A stretch of DNA of 50,937 nt from a virus (IMGVR_UViG_2541047814_000001), one strand, 5' to 3'; numbered from the stretch's first letter, positions 21,562 through 32,162 are shown. Notes: generated by a model from the sequence alone, not told the origin. Numbers and translations are program-made.

Positions 21562-23143
21562 GTGGTGTTGTCTCCTCTTCCGGCCTGCGACTCTCCGCTA
21601 TCTGCTGCTGATACGCCTGCGCTATCCACACCGGACGTGAGAGTCCGGCTTTTTCCCGCTCTGCAGATTCCCTGACCTGCTGGCGGAAAATGTCCTGATA
21701 ATCCTCGCCCATCAGCGCCAGCTCTTTCTCATACGTGCTCAGTCCGGCCTCAATGCGCATCACTGATTCCTGAACCTCCTTGAGCCCGTCAATGGCCATT
21801 CTTCCGGCTCCAATCCACTCAGCCCGTGACCAGGCTGATCGCGCCTGATAAAAATCAAAACGTGCCCGTGGCGGACGAATAATCCCCCGAAGAAGTGCCT
21901 CTTCCAGCCAGCAGGAAAACATCTGCGTGGCCAGCCGGGACGCAATAAATTTTCGCCGCCCCATAAAATAGCGCCACGACTCATTGGCGGAGGCGCGGGC
22001 ACTTGAATAACTGACCTTCGAGTAATCACGGGACAACTGTTCGTAGGAAACGCCAAGACCGGCGGCGATATACCGCAGCAGCGCCTGTTCAAGCGCCGAA
22101 AATCCATTGTCTGAATCCTGCGCGGTCTGAAGTTTCAGATCATCACCGGGGAAAAGGTGCGGAATTTTGACACCGCCCAGCGTCACGTGATTCGTGTCAT
22201 ACCAGGTGGAGAACTTATCCAGAATATTAATAAGCGGATTATCCTTCTGCCCCTGCGGCGCACCGGCGATATATTCAAAGGCCTTTTCGGTATCAAGTTC
22301 ACTTTCAATCGTCGCTGCATACATCGCCTTCACTATGGCCGACTGAAGCTGTGTTGCCTGCAGGGAATCGAGCATCTTCAGCCGTTCCATGACGCTGTAA
22401 AACTGATTAGCCCCACGGGTCTGCCCGTCCTCCACCGGCTCGAAAATATGCAGCATGGCCGGACGCCCGGTGGGAAGTTCACGCGGGATCCGTTCCCATC
22501 GTCCACTACCAGAGAACGGAAAATCGTCCTCACAAATATGGTACGCGACGGCACGGCCATATCGATCGACCTCCACACCGGCCCGCAGAAAACGGTTCCC
22601 CATACCGTGTCCAGGCGTGTCCACCCGTTTCGGACTCACGGCTTTAAAACGCGTACGGAATAACTGCGTGGTTTCCGTATCCCAGACCGGCTGCACAAAG
22701 ATTTCGCCGTTAAACGCATGAACGCCCACACCTTCACGGATAAATTCCGTGAACGTGCGTTTTCCTTCCACGTCGATCTCACCAAACATCCCTTCGGCGT
22801 ATTCCGACCAGGCCGCCTCCACCTCATCGACAAAGCTTTTTGCTGCGGTCTCCCGCATCCCCAGCCAGCGCCAGTTCGGACGGTAGCTGATCAGAAACAT
22901 ATGCCCGACAATGTGATCCTTATGCAGAGCCACCGCATTCGCCGCTATTCCGTTATTGCGCACCAGATCATCTGCCCGGGCATTCCCCAGACGCAACGCG
23001 GGTAGCAGGGCCGCATCGGCACTCTGCGCCGGTGGCAACCACTCCGCCATTTGCCCGCCAAATCCTGCGCCGCCCCCGTTGTAGCTGAGACTCTCACGAA
23101 GCGGAACGCCATTCACATCAATCAGGACAGGCGTTCGTTTCAT
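21551..23143 (-). CDS. B: Portal protein B (530 aa)
   Basis: Size and order as lambda B; overlaps W and C. Confidence 0.95.
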   Translation of the reverse strand: MKRTPVLIDVNGVPLRESLSYNGGGAGFGGQMAEWLPPAQSADAALLPALRLGNARADDLVRNNGIAANAVALHKDHIVGHMFLISYRPNWRWLGMRETAAKSFVDEVEAAWSEYAEGMFGEIDVEGKRTFTEFIREGVGVHAFNGEIFVQPVWDTETTQLFRTRFKAVSPKRVDTPGHGMGNRFLRAGVEVDRYGRAVAYHICEDDFPFSGSGRWERIPRELPTGRPAMLHIFEPVEDGQTRGANQFYSVMERLKMLDSLQATQLQSAIVKAMYAATIESELDTEKAFEYIAGAPQGQKDNPLINILDKFSTWYDTNHVTLGGVKIPHLFPGDDLKLQTAQDSDNGFSALEQALLRYIAAGLGVSYEQLSRDYSKVSYSSARASANESWRYFMGRRKFIASRLATQMFSCWLEEALLRGIIRPPRARFDFYQARSAWSRAEWIGAGRMAIDGLKEVQESVMRIEAGLSTYEKELALMGEDYQDIFRQQVRESAEREKAGLSRPVWIAQAYQQQIAESRRPEEETTPRET

Positions 23144-23346
23144 AACCTCACTCCCAGCGGACGACGGCGACGTCGGGTTGTCCCCAGTACCGACTCCGCA
23201 TCATTGATCGCCCGGTTAAGCTCATCCAGAGAAGCCGCCGTATATTCAATTCTGCGACCATCTTTCTGGACAGACACCACCCGTTTACCGGTTAATAAAT
23301 CAAGGCGCGCCTGACGCAGCGCCTGTAGTTCAGCGACTGTAACCAT
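23140..23346 (-). CDS. W: Head-tail joining protein W (68 aa)
   Basis: 68 aa, same as lambda W; order. Confidence 0.9.
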   Translation of the reverse strand: MVTVAELQALRQARLDLLTGKRVVSVQKDGRRIEYTAASLDELNRAINDAESVLGTTRRRRRPLGVRL

Positions 23347-25258
23347 TCACTCCTCCGGACAGCTTCGCTGCCAGTTCTTTAAGGGTTGGCCGGGTCGTCT
23401 CTTCTTCCCGGGATTTTGCCAGTACAGCCAGATCAAGCTGCCAGCGTTGCACGGACACACGTAATGCCGCATAGGCATACACCAGGCAGTCCAGCGCTTC
23501 GTTACGCCGCTTTTTGTTATCCCACAGCAGACGCATCTTTCCTTTTTCCCACTTCTCCACAAGCTCTTCCGCGACCAGTTGCTGCGCCTCTGTCTGCGAA
23601 AAAATCTCCGGATCATCAGGAAAACGGATGGCATACGACGTGGCTTCATCCGCAGGCGTGGGATCGGCTTTCATACGGGCATAGAGAATTTCTTTTGCGG
23701 TGTCCGTCCCCACTTCACACAGATACACGCCCCGCTGATTGCGGGTTTTCGGCATGGTGATCACCGGCTTGCCATAGACAGATGCGCCTTTTACCGGCAG
23801 CACCCGGAAAACACCGTGTTTTTTTGACCTCTGATAGACAATTTCACCATCGATCCCCCCGGTGTCCCAGCAGACACGGGAAATGGTCATTTCGGTTCCG
23901 TCTGCATGGCAGTATTTTTTGTTGATCGCCGCATCCACACGTAACAGCGTCTCTTCCTCATCGGGACGGCCCATAATGATGATTTTATCCACCAGAAAAG
24001 CTTCCTCTCCCGGTGCCCATCCCCAGACATACATCTCAAAACGGTTTCGCTGCGAGTCAATGCCCGCCGTCAGATAAACCACCCGGGCTGGCACCGCCGC
24101 CGTGTAATGCACGACCTTATCCATCAGTACCTGGTGATCGAGTTTTTCGCCCACGGCCTCTTCCCAGGTCTCGCCCAGCGTGGTGTTCACAAAGGTTTTC
24201 AGGCCGTTGGGATCTTTCAGTGCATCCAGCCAGTCATAGACTATCTGTACCCAGGTGGTGAACGGACTGTACGCCGTCCAGATATGGAACGTGATGGAGC
24301 GCGGCGGCGGAATTTCATTATCCGCGGCGCTGAAAAACGTCAGACCGTCACGGGTCCACATCCCCGTGTTTTCACAGATCCACCGCCCGTTGCTCTGGTC
24401 AAGCTCAGACTGATGGATCACGCAGCCATGATGTTCACAGAGGTAGAAAACGCTTTCGGGGCTGTCCTTCTCCCATTTAAGGCCAAAAGGCGTGGATTCA
24501 TCGCCAAATTTCAGATACTGCTCCTCCCCACAGTGTGGGCAGGGCACATAAAAACGCATGAAATGCGCCGACTCGTTGGCCGCTTTTTCGATCTGGCAGG
24601 TGCCTTTGATTTTAGGCGTCGAGCCGCGAATGGATTTGGGCCATACAGAGCCCTCAATACGTTTATCCCCAAGCAGGGTTGGCGAACCCTCTTTTTCGAC
24701 ATCCGGTTCGAACGAGGAAAGTTCGTCATAGCAGACCACGTCCACGGATTTTTCACGGTAGTTTTTAGCGGCAGCCCCGCCCAGGCACCAGAAGCCCACG
24801 CCCGATGAAAAACGTTTCAGCGTGAGGGTATTATCACGATGTTTACGCCCAAACCACGGTGCAAGATCGAGTAAAACCGGCACATCCCTGATCGTGGGTT
24901 CCACATGAGATTTCATAAAATCTTCAGCAGCAGAATCCGTGGGCTGGAAAAGAAGGCTGTTGCGTGATTTATGCTCAATAAAATAAGCCTCCACTCCCAG
25001 CAACATCTTTGTATAACCAACACGGGCAGATTTAATCAGATTAACAGTGCGGATCCGGTCATTCCCCATGCTGTTCATGATGGCAACCTGAAACGGCAGT
25101 GTTTCCCACCGCCCCGGGGTGTAAGATGACTCTTTCGGAAGGTAATAATGTCGATCTGCCCACTGAACTGTCGTCAGAGGGACAGGAATTTTTAGCGCAA
25201 GGAGGCCGGTTGCTATCGCTCCTGCAGAATTAGCCGCCCTCAGTTCGTCTGAAATCAT
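23330..25258 (-). CDS. A: Terminase large subunit A (about 642 aa; start chosen at MISDELR..., N-terminal ~40 aa diverged from lambda)
   Basis: Extensive lambda A-like motifs ([36 protein letters not shown]); overlaps Nu1 3' end as in lambda. Confidence 0.9.
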   Translation of the reverse strand: MISDELRAANSAGAIATGLLALKIPVPLTTVQWADRHYYLPKESSYTPGRWETLPFQVAIMNSMGNDRIRTVNLIKSARVGYTKMLLGVEAYFIEHKSRNSLLFQPTDSAAEDFMKSHVEPTIRDVPVLLDLAPWFGRKHRDNTLTLKRFSSGVGFWCLGGAAAKNYREKSVDVVCYDELSSFEPDVEKEGSPTLLGDKRIEGSVWPKSIRGSTPKIKGTCQIEKAANESAHFMRFYVPCPHCGEEQYLKFGDESTPFGLKWEKDSPESVFYLCEHHGCVIHQSELDQSNGRWICENTGMWTRDGLTFFSAADNEIPPPRSITFHIWTAYSPFTTWVQIVYDWLDALKDPNGLKTFVNTTLGETWEEAVGEKLDHQVLMDKVVHYTAAVPARVVYLTAGIDSQRNRFEMYVWGWAPGEEAFLVDKIIIMGRPDEEETLLRVDAAINKKYCHADGTEMTISRVCWDTGGIDGEIVYQRSKKHGVFRVLPVKGASVYGKPVITMPKTRNQRGVYLCEVGTDTAKEILYARMKADPTPADEATSYAIRFPDDPEIFSQTEAQQLVAEELVEKWEKGKMRLLWDNKKRRNEALDCLVYAYAALRVSVQRWQLDLAVLAKSREEETTRPTLKELAAKLSGGVNGYSR

Positions 25259-25778
25259 CAATCCACCTGCGCACATTCTCACCGGCTTCAGAAGCCACAT
25301 CGGATGCTTTCGCGATTTCAGTTTTCACAGCATCAAGATGTACGGGTGATATATCAGGGTATTTACGCTGCAGTGTCTGAGGGACACGGACAAGGATCCC
25401 TGATATATTCTGTGCCACTCGCTGAAAGATGTAGGTAAATAACTCCGTCTCGAGGACAAGGCCTTCCTCACGAGCATTTTTCAGCTCCTGTGCATCGGCC
25501 TGTGCCTTCGTCAGTCGGTAACGTTCGTAATCAATGGTGCCGGGCTGAAGGTCTGATTCGCTGGCAGCCCTCAAATCCTCGATCTCTTTACGGAGTTTTT
25601 CGTTTTCAATATCAGCTTCCCTCTGCGCATACCACTGAATGGCAGCAGTTGTATCAAAAACTGATTCAGTCCCTTTCCCTCCACCAGAAACTAGTGGTAA
25701 CCCCTGACTCTGCCAGGCGGTGATGGTCCTGACATCAACGCCAAAAATATCGGCCAGTTTTTTCTTATTGACGTTCAT
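25230..25778 (-). CDS. nu1: Terminase small subunit Nu1 (182 aa)
   Basis: [28 protein letters not shown]... matches lambda Nu1 N-terminal wHTH. Confidence 0.9.
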   Translation of the reverse strand: MNVNKKKLADIFGVDVRTITAWQSQGLPLVSGGGKGTESVFDTTAAIQWYAQREADIENEKLRKEIEDLRAASESDLQPGTIDYERYRLTKAQADAQELKNAREEGLVLETELFTYIFQRVAQNISGILVRVPQTLQRKYPDISPVHLDAVKTEIAKASDVASEAGENVRRWIDDFRRTEGG

Positions 25779-25947
25779 ACACTCCCCCGGGAACCAGAAA
25801 GGATCTGAAAATGGCGTTTTCTAACAAAAACAGCCTTTGTCAGATCCTTTTATATTTTTAAAATTCTATTGATAATCAATCAGTTAAAAAGAAGAAGAAC
25901 GGATCTGATTTTTCCCTAAAAATTTTCATAAATAGCGAAAACCCGCG

Positions 25948-25959
25948 AGGTCGCCGCCC
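25948..25959 (-). other. cos: cosN cohesive-end site (5'-GGGCGGCGACCT-3' on minus strand); cosB between here and nu1
   Basis: Minus strand reads ACGGGGCGGCGACCTCGCGGGTTTTCGCTATTTATGAAAA, the lambda cos sequence. Confidence 0.8.
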
Positions 25960-26048
25960 CGTAACCGGTCGGATCGCCGGAAAGGACCCACGAAAATGAT
26001 AATGATTATCATCTATATAAGGTTTATCACAACATGTGTGAACCGCCC

Positions 26049-26473
26049 CGGGAATCCTGGAGACTAAACTTCCTGAGAAAGAGGTAAACAGGATGACTAA
26101 AAATACTCGTTTTTCCCCCGAAGTCCGTCAACGGGCAGTCCGTATGGTTCTGGAAAGTCAGAGCGAATATGACTCACAATGGGCGACAATTTGTTCCATT
26201 GCTCCAAAGATTGGCTGTACGCCGGAGACTCTGCGTGTCTGGGTTCGCCAGCATGAGCGGGATACCGGGGGCGGTGATGGAGGGCTCACCACCGCTGAAC
26301 GTCAGCGTCTGAAAGAGCTGGAACGTGAAAATCGTGAACTGCGCCGCAGTAACGATATCCTTCGCCAGGCTTCCGCTTATTTTGCGAAGGCGGAGTTCGA
26401 CCGCCTCTGGAAAAAATGATGCCACTGCTGGATAAGCTGCGTGAGCAGTACGGGGTCGGACCGCTATGCAGCG
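26049..26473 (+). mobile_element. Truncated IS3-family element (IS629-like): left IR, orfA and the first ~20 codons of orfB
   Basis: Left end TGAACCGCCCCGGGAATCCTGGAGACTAAACTTCC; orfA complete; orfB frame ([19 protein letters not shown]) breaks after about 20 codons. Confidence 0.7.
26093..26419 (+). CDS. IS3-family transposase OrfA (108 aa, IS629-like)
   Basis: [23 protein letters not shown]... with HTH and leucine zipper typical of IS3 OrfA. Confidence 0.8.
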   Translation: MTKNTRFSPEVRQRAVRMVLESQSEYDSQWATICSIAPKIGCTPETLRVWVRQHERDTGGGDGGLTTAERQRLKELERENRELRRSNDILRQASAYFAKAEFDRLWKK

Positions 26474-26579
26474 AACAATCAATTATGACGCAGGTATCGT
26501 ATTAATTGATCTGCATCAAATTAACGTAAAAGCAACTTCAGATAATACAAATCAGCAACACTGAATATGGGGAAACATT

Positions 26580-26765
26580 ATGTCATCAAAGAACAGAACC
26601 CGCAGAACAACAACCCGCAACATCCGATTTCCAAACCAGATGATTGAACAAATTAACATCGCTCTTGATCTGAAAGGTTCAGGAAACTTTTCAGCGTGGG
26701 TTATTGAAGCCTGCAGAAGAAGGCTGTCAACAGAGAGTTCGGGTATGAATTACATAATTAAGTAA
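26580..26765 (+). CDS. YlcI/YnfO-like small protein (DUF3950-like, 61 aa)
   Basis: MSSKNRTRRTTTRNIRFPNQMIEQINIALDLKGSGNFSAWVIEACRRRL resembles cos-proximal YlcI/YnfO proteins of K-12 lambdoid prophages (from memory). Confidence 0.5.
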   Translation: MSSKNRTRRTTTRNIRFPNQMIEQINIALDLKGSGNFSAWVIEACRRRLSTESSGMNYIIK

Positions 26766-27528
26766 CATGGTGTTCACAGAACACGCAGTTACCGGACACA
26801 TCAGTTTTCCATTCGCTCCCCGGCAGTACAGGCTTCCCCTCTGACGGGATAGCCTGAAAAAATAACACAGAAAATTATTTGTTATAATTAATATAACTTA
26901 CTCAAAAAAAAGCGACGAGAAAATCAGCATCAACGAACAATAAGCGCCAATACGTGATAACAAATGGCAGCCATATTTATCTGCAGTATAAGCAATGGAC
27001 AGGATAACCACACCAGAAACCGTCAGCATAAAATCCACTTGAACTTCCCCGGACAAAATCGACTCATCTAAAGATTTACAGCTCTTTTTATTATCAATAT
27101 GTTAAAAGTAAAATAAACAGATGTTCAATAACACGAATACAAAAACGTGCTGAAATTCAATGAATCCATTTCTGTGTCATCAATTAATAGTGATAAACAT
27201 CCGGTTTCTTCCACCATCGCACCGGACAGGCGACTATGAGGGGACAACGCCGCGCTCCGTTAACGCGGTAAACCCCGGTGTGTATCGTTTTTGATTATCC
27301 CCGCACACTCGCGCAGAGGAGTCTCCCTGTCGGGCTGCGGTCTCTGTTAATGAGGGAATACAGCGACGATACGGCGCATCAACAAAACTTATTTCAGGCA
27401 CTGAGTACGGATATATTCCTGCGCCCCTTCCAGTTTATGAGACGACAATAACTCAGTCCGCCTGGCGCCGATTATTCTGGCCGGTTTTGTAACCTGAGTG
27501 TCATTTACATGATCCAACAGGAAATGGC

Positions 27529-29028
27529 GTGACGCTCAATACTTCTCAGGTCAGTTACTATATGACTCAGCGTAAGAAAGGTATAACTCAGCATATCTCG
27601 GCCATGAAGGCTGGTATCTCAGTCCGTTCTGGTCGTCGGATCGAAAAAGGAGAGTGGGCAAAAAACAGTGTTCGGCACTGGCGCACACGCAAAGATCCTC
27701 TGGAAGCTGTGTGGGACAGCATGCTTGTTCCTCTGTTGAAAGAGAGGCCGGCTCTGACACCAACAACTCTGCTGGAGATGCTACAGGATAAATATCCCGG
27801 CCAGTACCCCAACAGCCTTCGAAGAACAATGCAACGGCGGGTCCGCGAATGGAAGCTACAGTATGGTGCAGAGCAGGAGGTCATGTTCCGCCAGCGACAT
27901 CAGCCCGGTCTGCGAGGTCTGTCGGACTTTACTGAACTGAAAGGTGTAGTTGTCACCATCGCCGGTAAGTTGTTGGCGCATAAGTTGTATCACTTCCGTC
28001 TGGAATGGAGCCACTGGAGCTGGATGCGGGTTGTGCTGGGTGGTGAGAGCTTCTCTGCTCTGGCTGAAGGTCTGCAGGAAGCCCTCGGACAACTGGGCGG
28101 AGTGCCGGTAGAACATAAAACGGACAGCCTGAGGGCAGCATGGAAACAACAGGGCGAAGATGGACGCCGCGAGCTGACTGAGCGTTATGCTGCTCTCTGT
28201 CAGCACTACGGAATGCAGGGCGTACACAATAATGCCGGTCGGGGCCACGAAAATGGCTCGGTTGAAAGTGCCCACGGACATCTGAAAAGGCGTATCTGTC
28301 AGGCGCTGATACTGCGGGGCAGTAACGACTTCAGCACCATAGAAGAATATCAGGCCTTCATCACTCAGCAGGTTATGCGGCACAACCGTAACAATCAGGA
28401 TCTGGTCAAGGAAGAACGTCTTCATCTGAAACCGCTGCCGCTTCGTCGCAGTGCTGACTATGATGAGCTGACTGTGAGGGTTAGCCGCAGCAGTACCATC
28501 AATGTGAAGCACGTCGTCTACAGCGTACCTTCCCGGCTTGTAGGTCAACTGTTACGGGTCCGGTTATGGGACGATCGTCTGAGCTGTTACGTTGGCAGCA
28601 GCGAGGTCATGAGCTGCCCACGTGTCAGACCAGAAAAAGGGAAGACGCGGGCCCGTCGTATCGACTTCCGACATGTGATCGACAGTCTGGCAAAAAAGCC
28701 CGGTGCGTTCTGCCATGCAACGCTGAGAAATGACATCCTGCCAGACGATGAATGGCGGAGGCTGTGGCGTCGCTTATGTAATCATCTGGAACCCGACATG
28801 GCAGGCAGGCTGATGGTACATGCTCTGAAACTGGCTGCAGGATACGACGATATCTCAGTCGTGGCAAAAGGTATGGAGCAGATGCTGAATACCCCGGGAA
28901 ACGTGGATCTGCACCGGCTGATGCGCTTCCTGGGTATAAAGGAAAAGGCGTTGCCGGTAGTCAATGTGAAACAGCATAACCTGAGCAGTTATGAGCAACT
29001 ACTGCGTGGCAAGGGAGGTTCGCAGTGA
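27529..29028 (+). CDS. istA: IS21-family transposase IstA (499 aa)
   Basis: N-terminal HTH, DDE-type core, typical IstA length; followed by istB. Confidence 0.85.
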   Translation: MTLNTSQVSYYMTQRKKGITQHISAMKAGISVRSGRRIEKGEWAKNSVRHWRTRKDPLEAVWDSMLVPLLKERPALTPTTLLEMLQDKYPGQYPNSLRRTMQRRVREWKLQYGAEQEVMFRQRHQPGLRGLSDFTELKGVVVTIAGKLLAHKLYHFRLEWSHWSWMRVVLGGESFSALAEGLQEALGQLGGVPVEHKTDSLRAAWKQQGEDGRRELTERYAALCQHYGMQGVHNNAGRGHENGSVESAHGHLKRRICQALILRGSNDFSTIEEYQAFITQQVMRHNRNNQDLVKEERLHLKPLPLRRSADYDELTVRVSRSSTINVKHVVYSVPSRLVGQLLRVRLWDDRLSCYVGSSEVMSCPRVRPEKGKTRARRIDFRHVIDSLAKKPGAFCHATLRNDILPDDEWRRLWRRLCNHLEPDMAGRLMVHALKLAAGYDDISVVAKGMEQMLNTPGNVDLHRLMRFLGIKEKALPVVNVKQHNLSSYEQLLRGKGGSQ

Positions 29029-29780
29029 GCAATATCCATCACCTTGAACGCAGCCTGCGTAAACTACGCCTGACACGAGTTGGAGCTGAATGGCACGCTC
29101 TGGAAAAACGAGCACTGGCAGAAGGCTGGACACCATCGCGCTATCTTCTGACGCTATGCAATGAAGAACTCCTGTGGCGCGAGAGTGAAAAACTGCGTCG
29201 TTATAAAAAGGAGGCCCGGTTGCCAGTTGCCAAAACGCTAAGCGAATACGACTTCAGTCAGGTGCCGGAACTGAATGGAGCTCAGTTCCGGCAACTCTGT
29301 GAAACGACAGACTGGGTTGATGCAGGAGAAAACGTTCTGCTGTTCGGAGCCAGCGGGTTGGGGAAAAGCCATCTGGCGGCAGCGATCGTGGATGGCGTAG
29401 TAGGCCAGGGCTACCGGGCCCGGTTCTACAGCGCAGGAGAGTTGTTGCAGGAACTACGTAAAGCCAGAGCGCAGTTGAAACTGAATGAGCTGCTACTGAA
29501 ACTGGATCGCTACCGGGTGATAGTGGTGGATGATCTTGGCTATGTCAAACGCGACAGCGCCGAAACGGGAGTACTGTTCGAGTTAATAGCGCATCGCTAT
29601 GAACGTGGGAGCCTGGTGATAACCAGTAACCATCCGTTCAGCATGTGGGGCAGCATCTTCGTGGATGAGACTATGGCGGTGGCGGCGGCAGACCGGCTGA
29701 TCCATCACGGATATATGTTCGAACTGAAAGGTGAAAGCTACAGGAAAAAGACAGCGAAGGCAGTAACAAGCGCGACTTGA
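29025..29780 (+). CDS. istB: IS21-family ATP-binding helper IstB (251 aa)
   Basis: Walker A GASGLGKSHLA and Walker B VIVVDDLGY. Confidence 0.85.
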   Translation: MSNIHHLERSLRKLRLTRVGAEWHALEKRALAEGWTPSRYLLTLCNEELLWRESEKLRRYKKEARLPVAKTLSEYDFSQVPELNGAQFRQLCETTDWVDAGENVLLFGASGLGKSHLAAAIVDGVVGQGYRARFYSAGELLQELRKARAQLKLNELLLKLDRYRVIVVDDLGYVKRDSAETGVLFELIAHRYERGSLVITSNHPFSMWGSIFVDETMAVAAADRLIHHGYMFELKGESYRKKTAKAVTSAT

Positions 29781-29828
29781 TGTCGCACTGAAGGGTGCGG
29801 CCAGTATAGTTGGCGCGAGTCGGCAAAA

Positions 29829-30272
29829 CTAGTTGACGTCTAATACCAGTTGCTTCTGCATCGTCATCAGCCGCTCTCTGAGGGTGAAATAATCCCGTGT
29901 AACGGTGTCTGCCAGTTGGGGGCCGGTTGCATTATCCACGCGGGCGGTGCCGGTGGCTTCACGCACGGGACCTGGACAGGTGGCGTTGATACGCAGGCGC
30001 TTACGACCAGCGGCAACGTCAGCGCGAAGAGTTTCATTTTCAGCTTTCGCATCAGCTAACTCCTTCGTGTATTTTGCATCGAGCGCAGCAACATCACGCT
30101 GACGCATCTGCATGTCAGTAATTGCCGCGTTCGCCAGCTTCAGTTCTCTGACATTTTTGTCGCGCTGGGCTTTGTAGGTAATGGCGTTATCACGGTAATG
30201 ATTCAGCCCCAGACTAAGCGCACCACAGGCCACCAGCAGGGCAATGATGACCACGCACAGTACGCGGTTCAT
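29829..30272 (-). CDS. Rz: i-spanin Rz (147 aa)
   Basis: N-terminal TM segment then coiled coil; directly downstream of endolysin; contains embedded Rz1. Confidence 0.8.
   Translation of the reverse strand: MNRVLCVVIIALLVACGALSLGLNHYRDNAITYKAQRDKNVRELKLANAAITDMQMRQRDVAALDAKYTKELADAKAENETLRADVAAGRKRLRINATCPGPVREATGTARVDNATGPQLADTVTRDYFTLRERLMTMQKQLVLDVN
29867..30052 (-). CDS. Rz1: o-spanin Rz1 lipoprotein, embedded in Rz in the +1 frame (61 aa)
   Basis: Lipobox ...VVSAC followed by proline-rich [29 protein letters not shown], as in lambda Rz1. Confidence 0.75.
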   Translation of the reverse strand: MRKLKMKLFALTLPLVVSACVSTPPVQVPCVKPPAPPAWIMQPAPNWQTPLHGIISPSESG

Positions 30273-30570
30273 TTCACCACCAGCGTATCTGACCGATGAA
30301 ATAACCGGAGGCCATAATCACAAACACCAGCCAGATAAGAATGAACTTCCAGGTGGATAATTTTTCAGCCATCACTCGAATCTCCCGAATCAGTTTGCTA
30401 AAATCAAACACACTTTCTCCTTTGACTTTTCCGGAGTCAGGAAACACAAAACCCCGCTTGGTGCCAACAAACGGGGTTTTTACTTTTATTCACTTACGTT
30501 TCGCCAGTTCGCAGGATTTCGTGTTATCCGCCCGCGTGGCCATACCTTATTTTTCAGCAAAATATTCTGC

Positions 30571-31104
30571 TTATCTGTCGATTCCCCAGCACGCCAGCGC
30601 GCTCTCCTGGTCACGACGGGATACCTGACCGTAGCAGTTGTTTGAACGAATACGGCAGTCTCTGCCACCGTCCTTAATCCACCAGCGAATCGCCTCACAC
30701 GCTCCCCTGCGATCACCTGCATTAATTCGTTTATAAAACGTCGACGGGAAACACTTACCGGGACCAATGTTGTACGGACAGAATGACGCGATCCCCGCTT
30801 TCTGGGGTTCACTCAATGGCACTCTGATGTTTTTCTCCACCCATGCCAGCGCCTTATCACGCTCAATGGCGTTAACCCGGTCGCATTTTTCCTTCGACAA
30901 CTTCATGCCCGGAACGACAGGTTTGCCATCCACCAGGATGGCACCGCGGCAGATGGTCCAGATACCCGCACCATCACGGTATGCCGTGGTGTGGTTACCT
31001 TCCTTTTCATCCAGAAACTGGTCGAGAATGTCAGGCGCAGGCGCACCAGCGGCAATCAGCGCCAGAACGGCAGCCGACAGGCCGTATCTGATTTTTGCGT
31101 TCAT
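30571..31104 (-). CDS. R: Endolysin R, T4-type lysozyme (GH24) with SAR-like N-terminus (177 aa)
   Basis: E-D-T catalytic region DEKEGNHTTAYRDGAGIWTICRG; hydrophobic Ala/Gly-rich N-terminal segment. Confidence 0.85.
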   Translation of the reverse strand: MNAKIRYGLSAAVLALIAAGAPAPDILDQFLDEKEGNHTTAYRDGAGIWTICRGAILVDGKPVVPGMKLSKEKCDRVNAIERDKALAWVEKNIRVPLSEPQKAGIASFCPYNIGPGKCFPSTFYKRINAGDRRGACEAIRWWIKDGGRDCRIRSNNCYGQVSRRDQESALACWGIDR

Positions 31105-31209
31105 GGATATTTATCAGGATTTATCGGTTTCTGAGCCCTGGATATGTTTATCAGTTCCAGCCTGTTGCCTCAGGCTGCTAACAGGTCAATACAATCATGA
31201 GGATTATTT

Positions 31210-31482
31210 ATGGACAATAACACCATTTCTCTACAGGAGTTGCTCGACAGCATTTCCAGGCTTCGGGAAGACGTGAATACCCTTACCGTCGCCTTCTCAT
31301 ATCTGGCATTCTCAATTCCAAGGGAACAGATGCAATCAACGCTGGCATCAATCCAGTTTGAATCATGCAATCCCAAATGGTCTCAGGAACAACAAGACTC
31401 TTTCAGGCGGCTTGCTGTATTACTGGATGAAAAATATGCTGGTAAAATTACCATTTCGGCGGACTCTTCAGAGAACCCGTAA
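31210..31482 (+). CDS. Hypothetical protein (90 aa) antisense within the lysis cassette
   Basis: GAGGA RBS 6 nt upstream of ATG; upstream TTGCCT...TACAAT promoter-like elements; non-repetitive composition; overlaps the 3' end of the YdfR-like gene. Confidence 0.35.
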   Translation: MDNNTISLQELLDSISRLREDVNTLTVAFSYLAFSIPREQMQSTLASIQFESCNPKWSQEQQDSFRRLAVLLDEKYAGKITISADSSENP

Positions 31483-31792
31483 TTATTCCCGGTAGTTTTC
31501 CTCTGTAGGTTATCAACACATCCTGCGCCTCTAAAATTACGGGGCGCTTTTCCGGCGACTGCTCATCCCCTTCACATAACCCGGCAGCAACATCCAGGAA
31601 GACCTGTCTGATGCTCCTTCTGGCTGCTGCCTCATAAAACTCCAGCGCGGCACCTTCAACACGGTCCAGCGAGATGTCCAGGTCAAAAATTTCACCGTCA
31701 AAGCGTTTTTTGTCCCGTAACGCTAAAGTTACCGTAACTTTATTCTCAAAATTGCGGATCCCTTTCACAATCAGTTCATAGTTTTGAGTCAT
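31448..31792 (-). CDS. YdfR-like (DUF1327-like) protein between holin and endolysin (114 aa)
   Basis: Position matches ydfR between essQ and rrrQ in Qin; family assignment from memory. Confidence 0.5.
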   Translation of the reverse strand: MTQNYELIVKGIRNFENKVTVTLALRDKKRFDGEIFDLDISLDRVEGAALEFYEAAARRSIRQVFLDVAAGLCEGDEQSPEKRPVILEAQDVLITYRGKLPGIITGSLKSPPKW

Positions 31793-31796
31793 TGAA

Positions 31797-32012
31797 TTAC
31801 TCTCCCCGTGCAGCCTTACGACGGTCCTCTCTGATTTTGAAATACAGGTTAGTCAGATATGTCAGCAGCCCAAACAGCAGACTCCCCAGCACGCCTATTG
31901 CCGCCCACTGAGACGGGGAAACCCTGTCCAGCAACTGCAGGAACCAGTAGCCCGTTCCCACCGCTGACGTGGTGTATGACACACCTGTTGTGATTTTTTC
32001 CATCTGGTACAT
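31797..32012 (-). CDS. S: Class II holin / pinholin, S21-like (71 aa, possible dual start MYQM)
   Basis: [67 protein letters not shown] closely resembles phage 21 S. Confidence 0.8.
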   Translation of the reverse strand: MYQMEKITTGVSYTTSAVGTGYWFLQLLDRVSPSQWAAIGVLGSLLFGLLTYLTNLYFKIREDRRKAARGE

Positions 32013-32044
32013 ACCCCGTCTCCCGTTATCCGGAAGCTGACAAC

Positions 32045-32078
32045 AATAAAAAAAGCCACCAGTTAAGTACTGATGGCT
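32045..32078 (-). terminator. Hairpin plus T7 terminator between nanS-p and the holin (minus strand)
   Basis: Minus strand GCCATCAGTACTTAACTGGTGGC followed by TTTTTTT. Confidence 0.5.
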
Positions 32079-32162
32079 CTGATAACTCATGCAGGCATCT
32101 CAGACGACCCACTGACACTACCGGTGAGTTTAACGATACCTTCCATTTGGCTGGCTCACTTT

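Larger units (their letters stand above)
27290..29815 (+). mobile_element. IS21-family insertion sequence (istA-istB); ends approximate
   Basis: istA/istB pair with 4-nt overlap; short ACTCGCGC-containing inverted matches near both ends, but the terminal repeats could not be defined by eye. Confidence 0.5.

Noticed and set aside
27551-28548. Minus-strand ORFs (92-230 aa) inside the IS21-family istA gene
   Set aside because: Antisense to a well-supported transposase gene, with no start signals.
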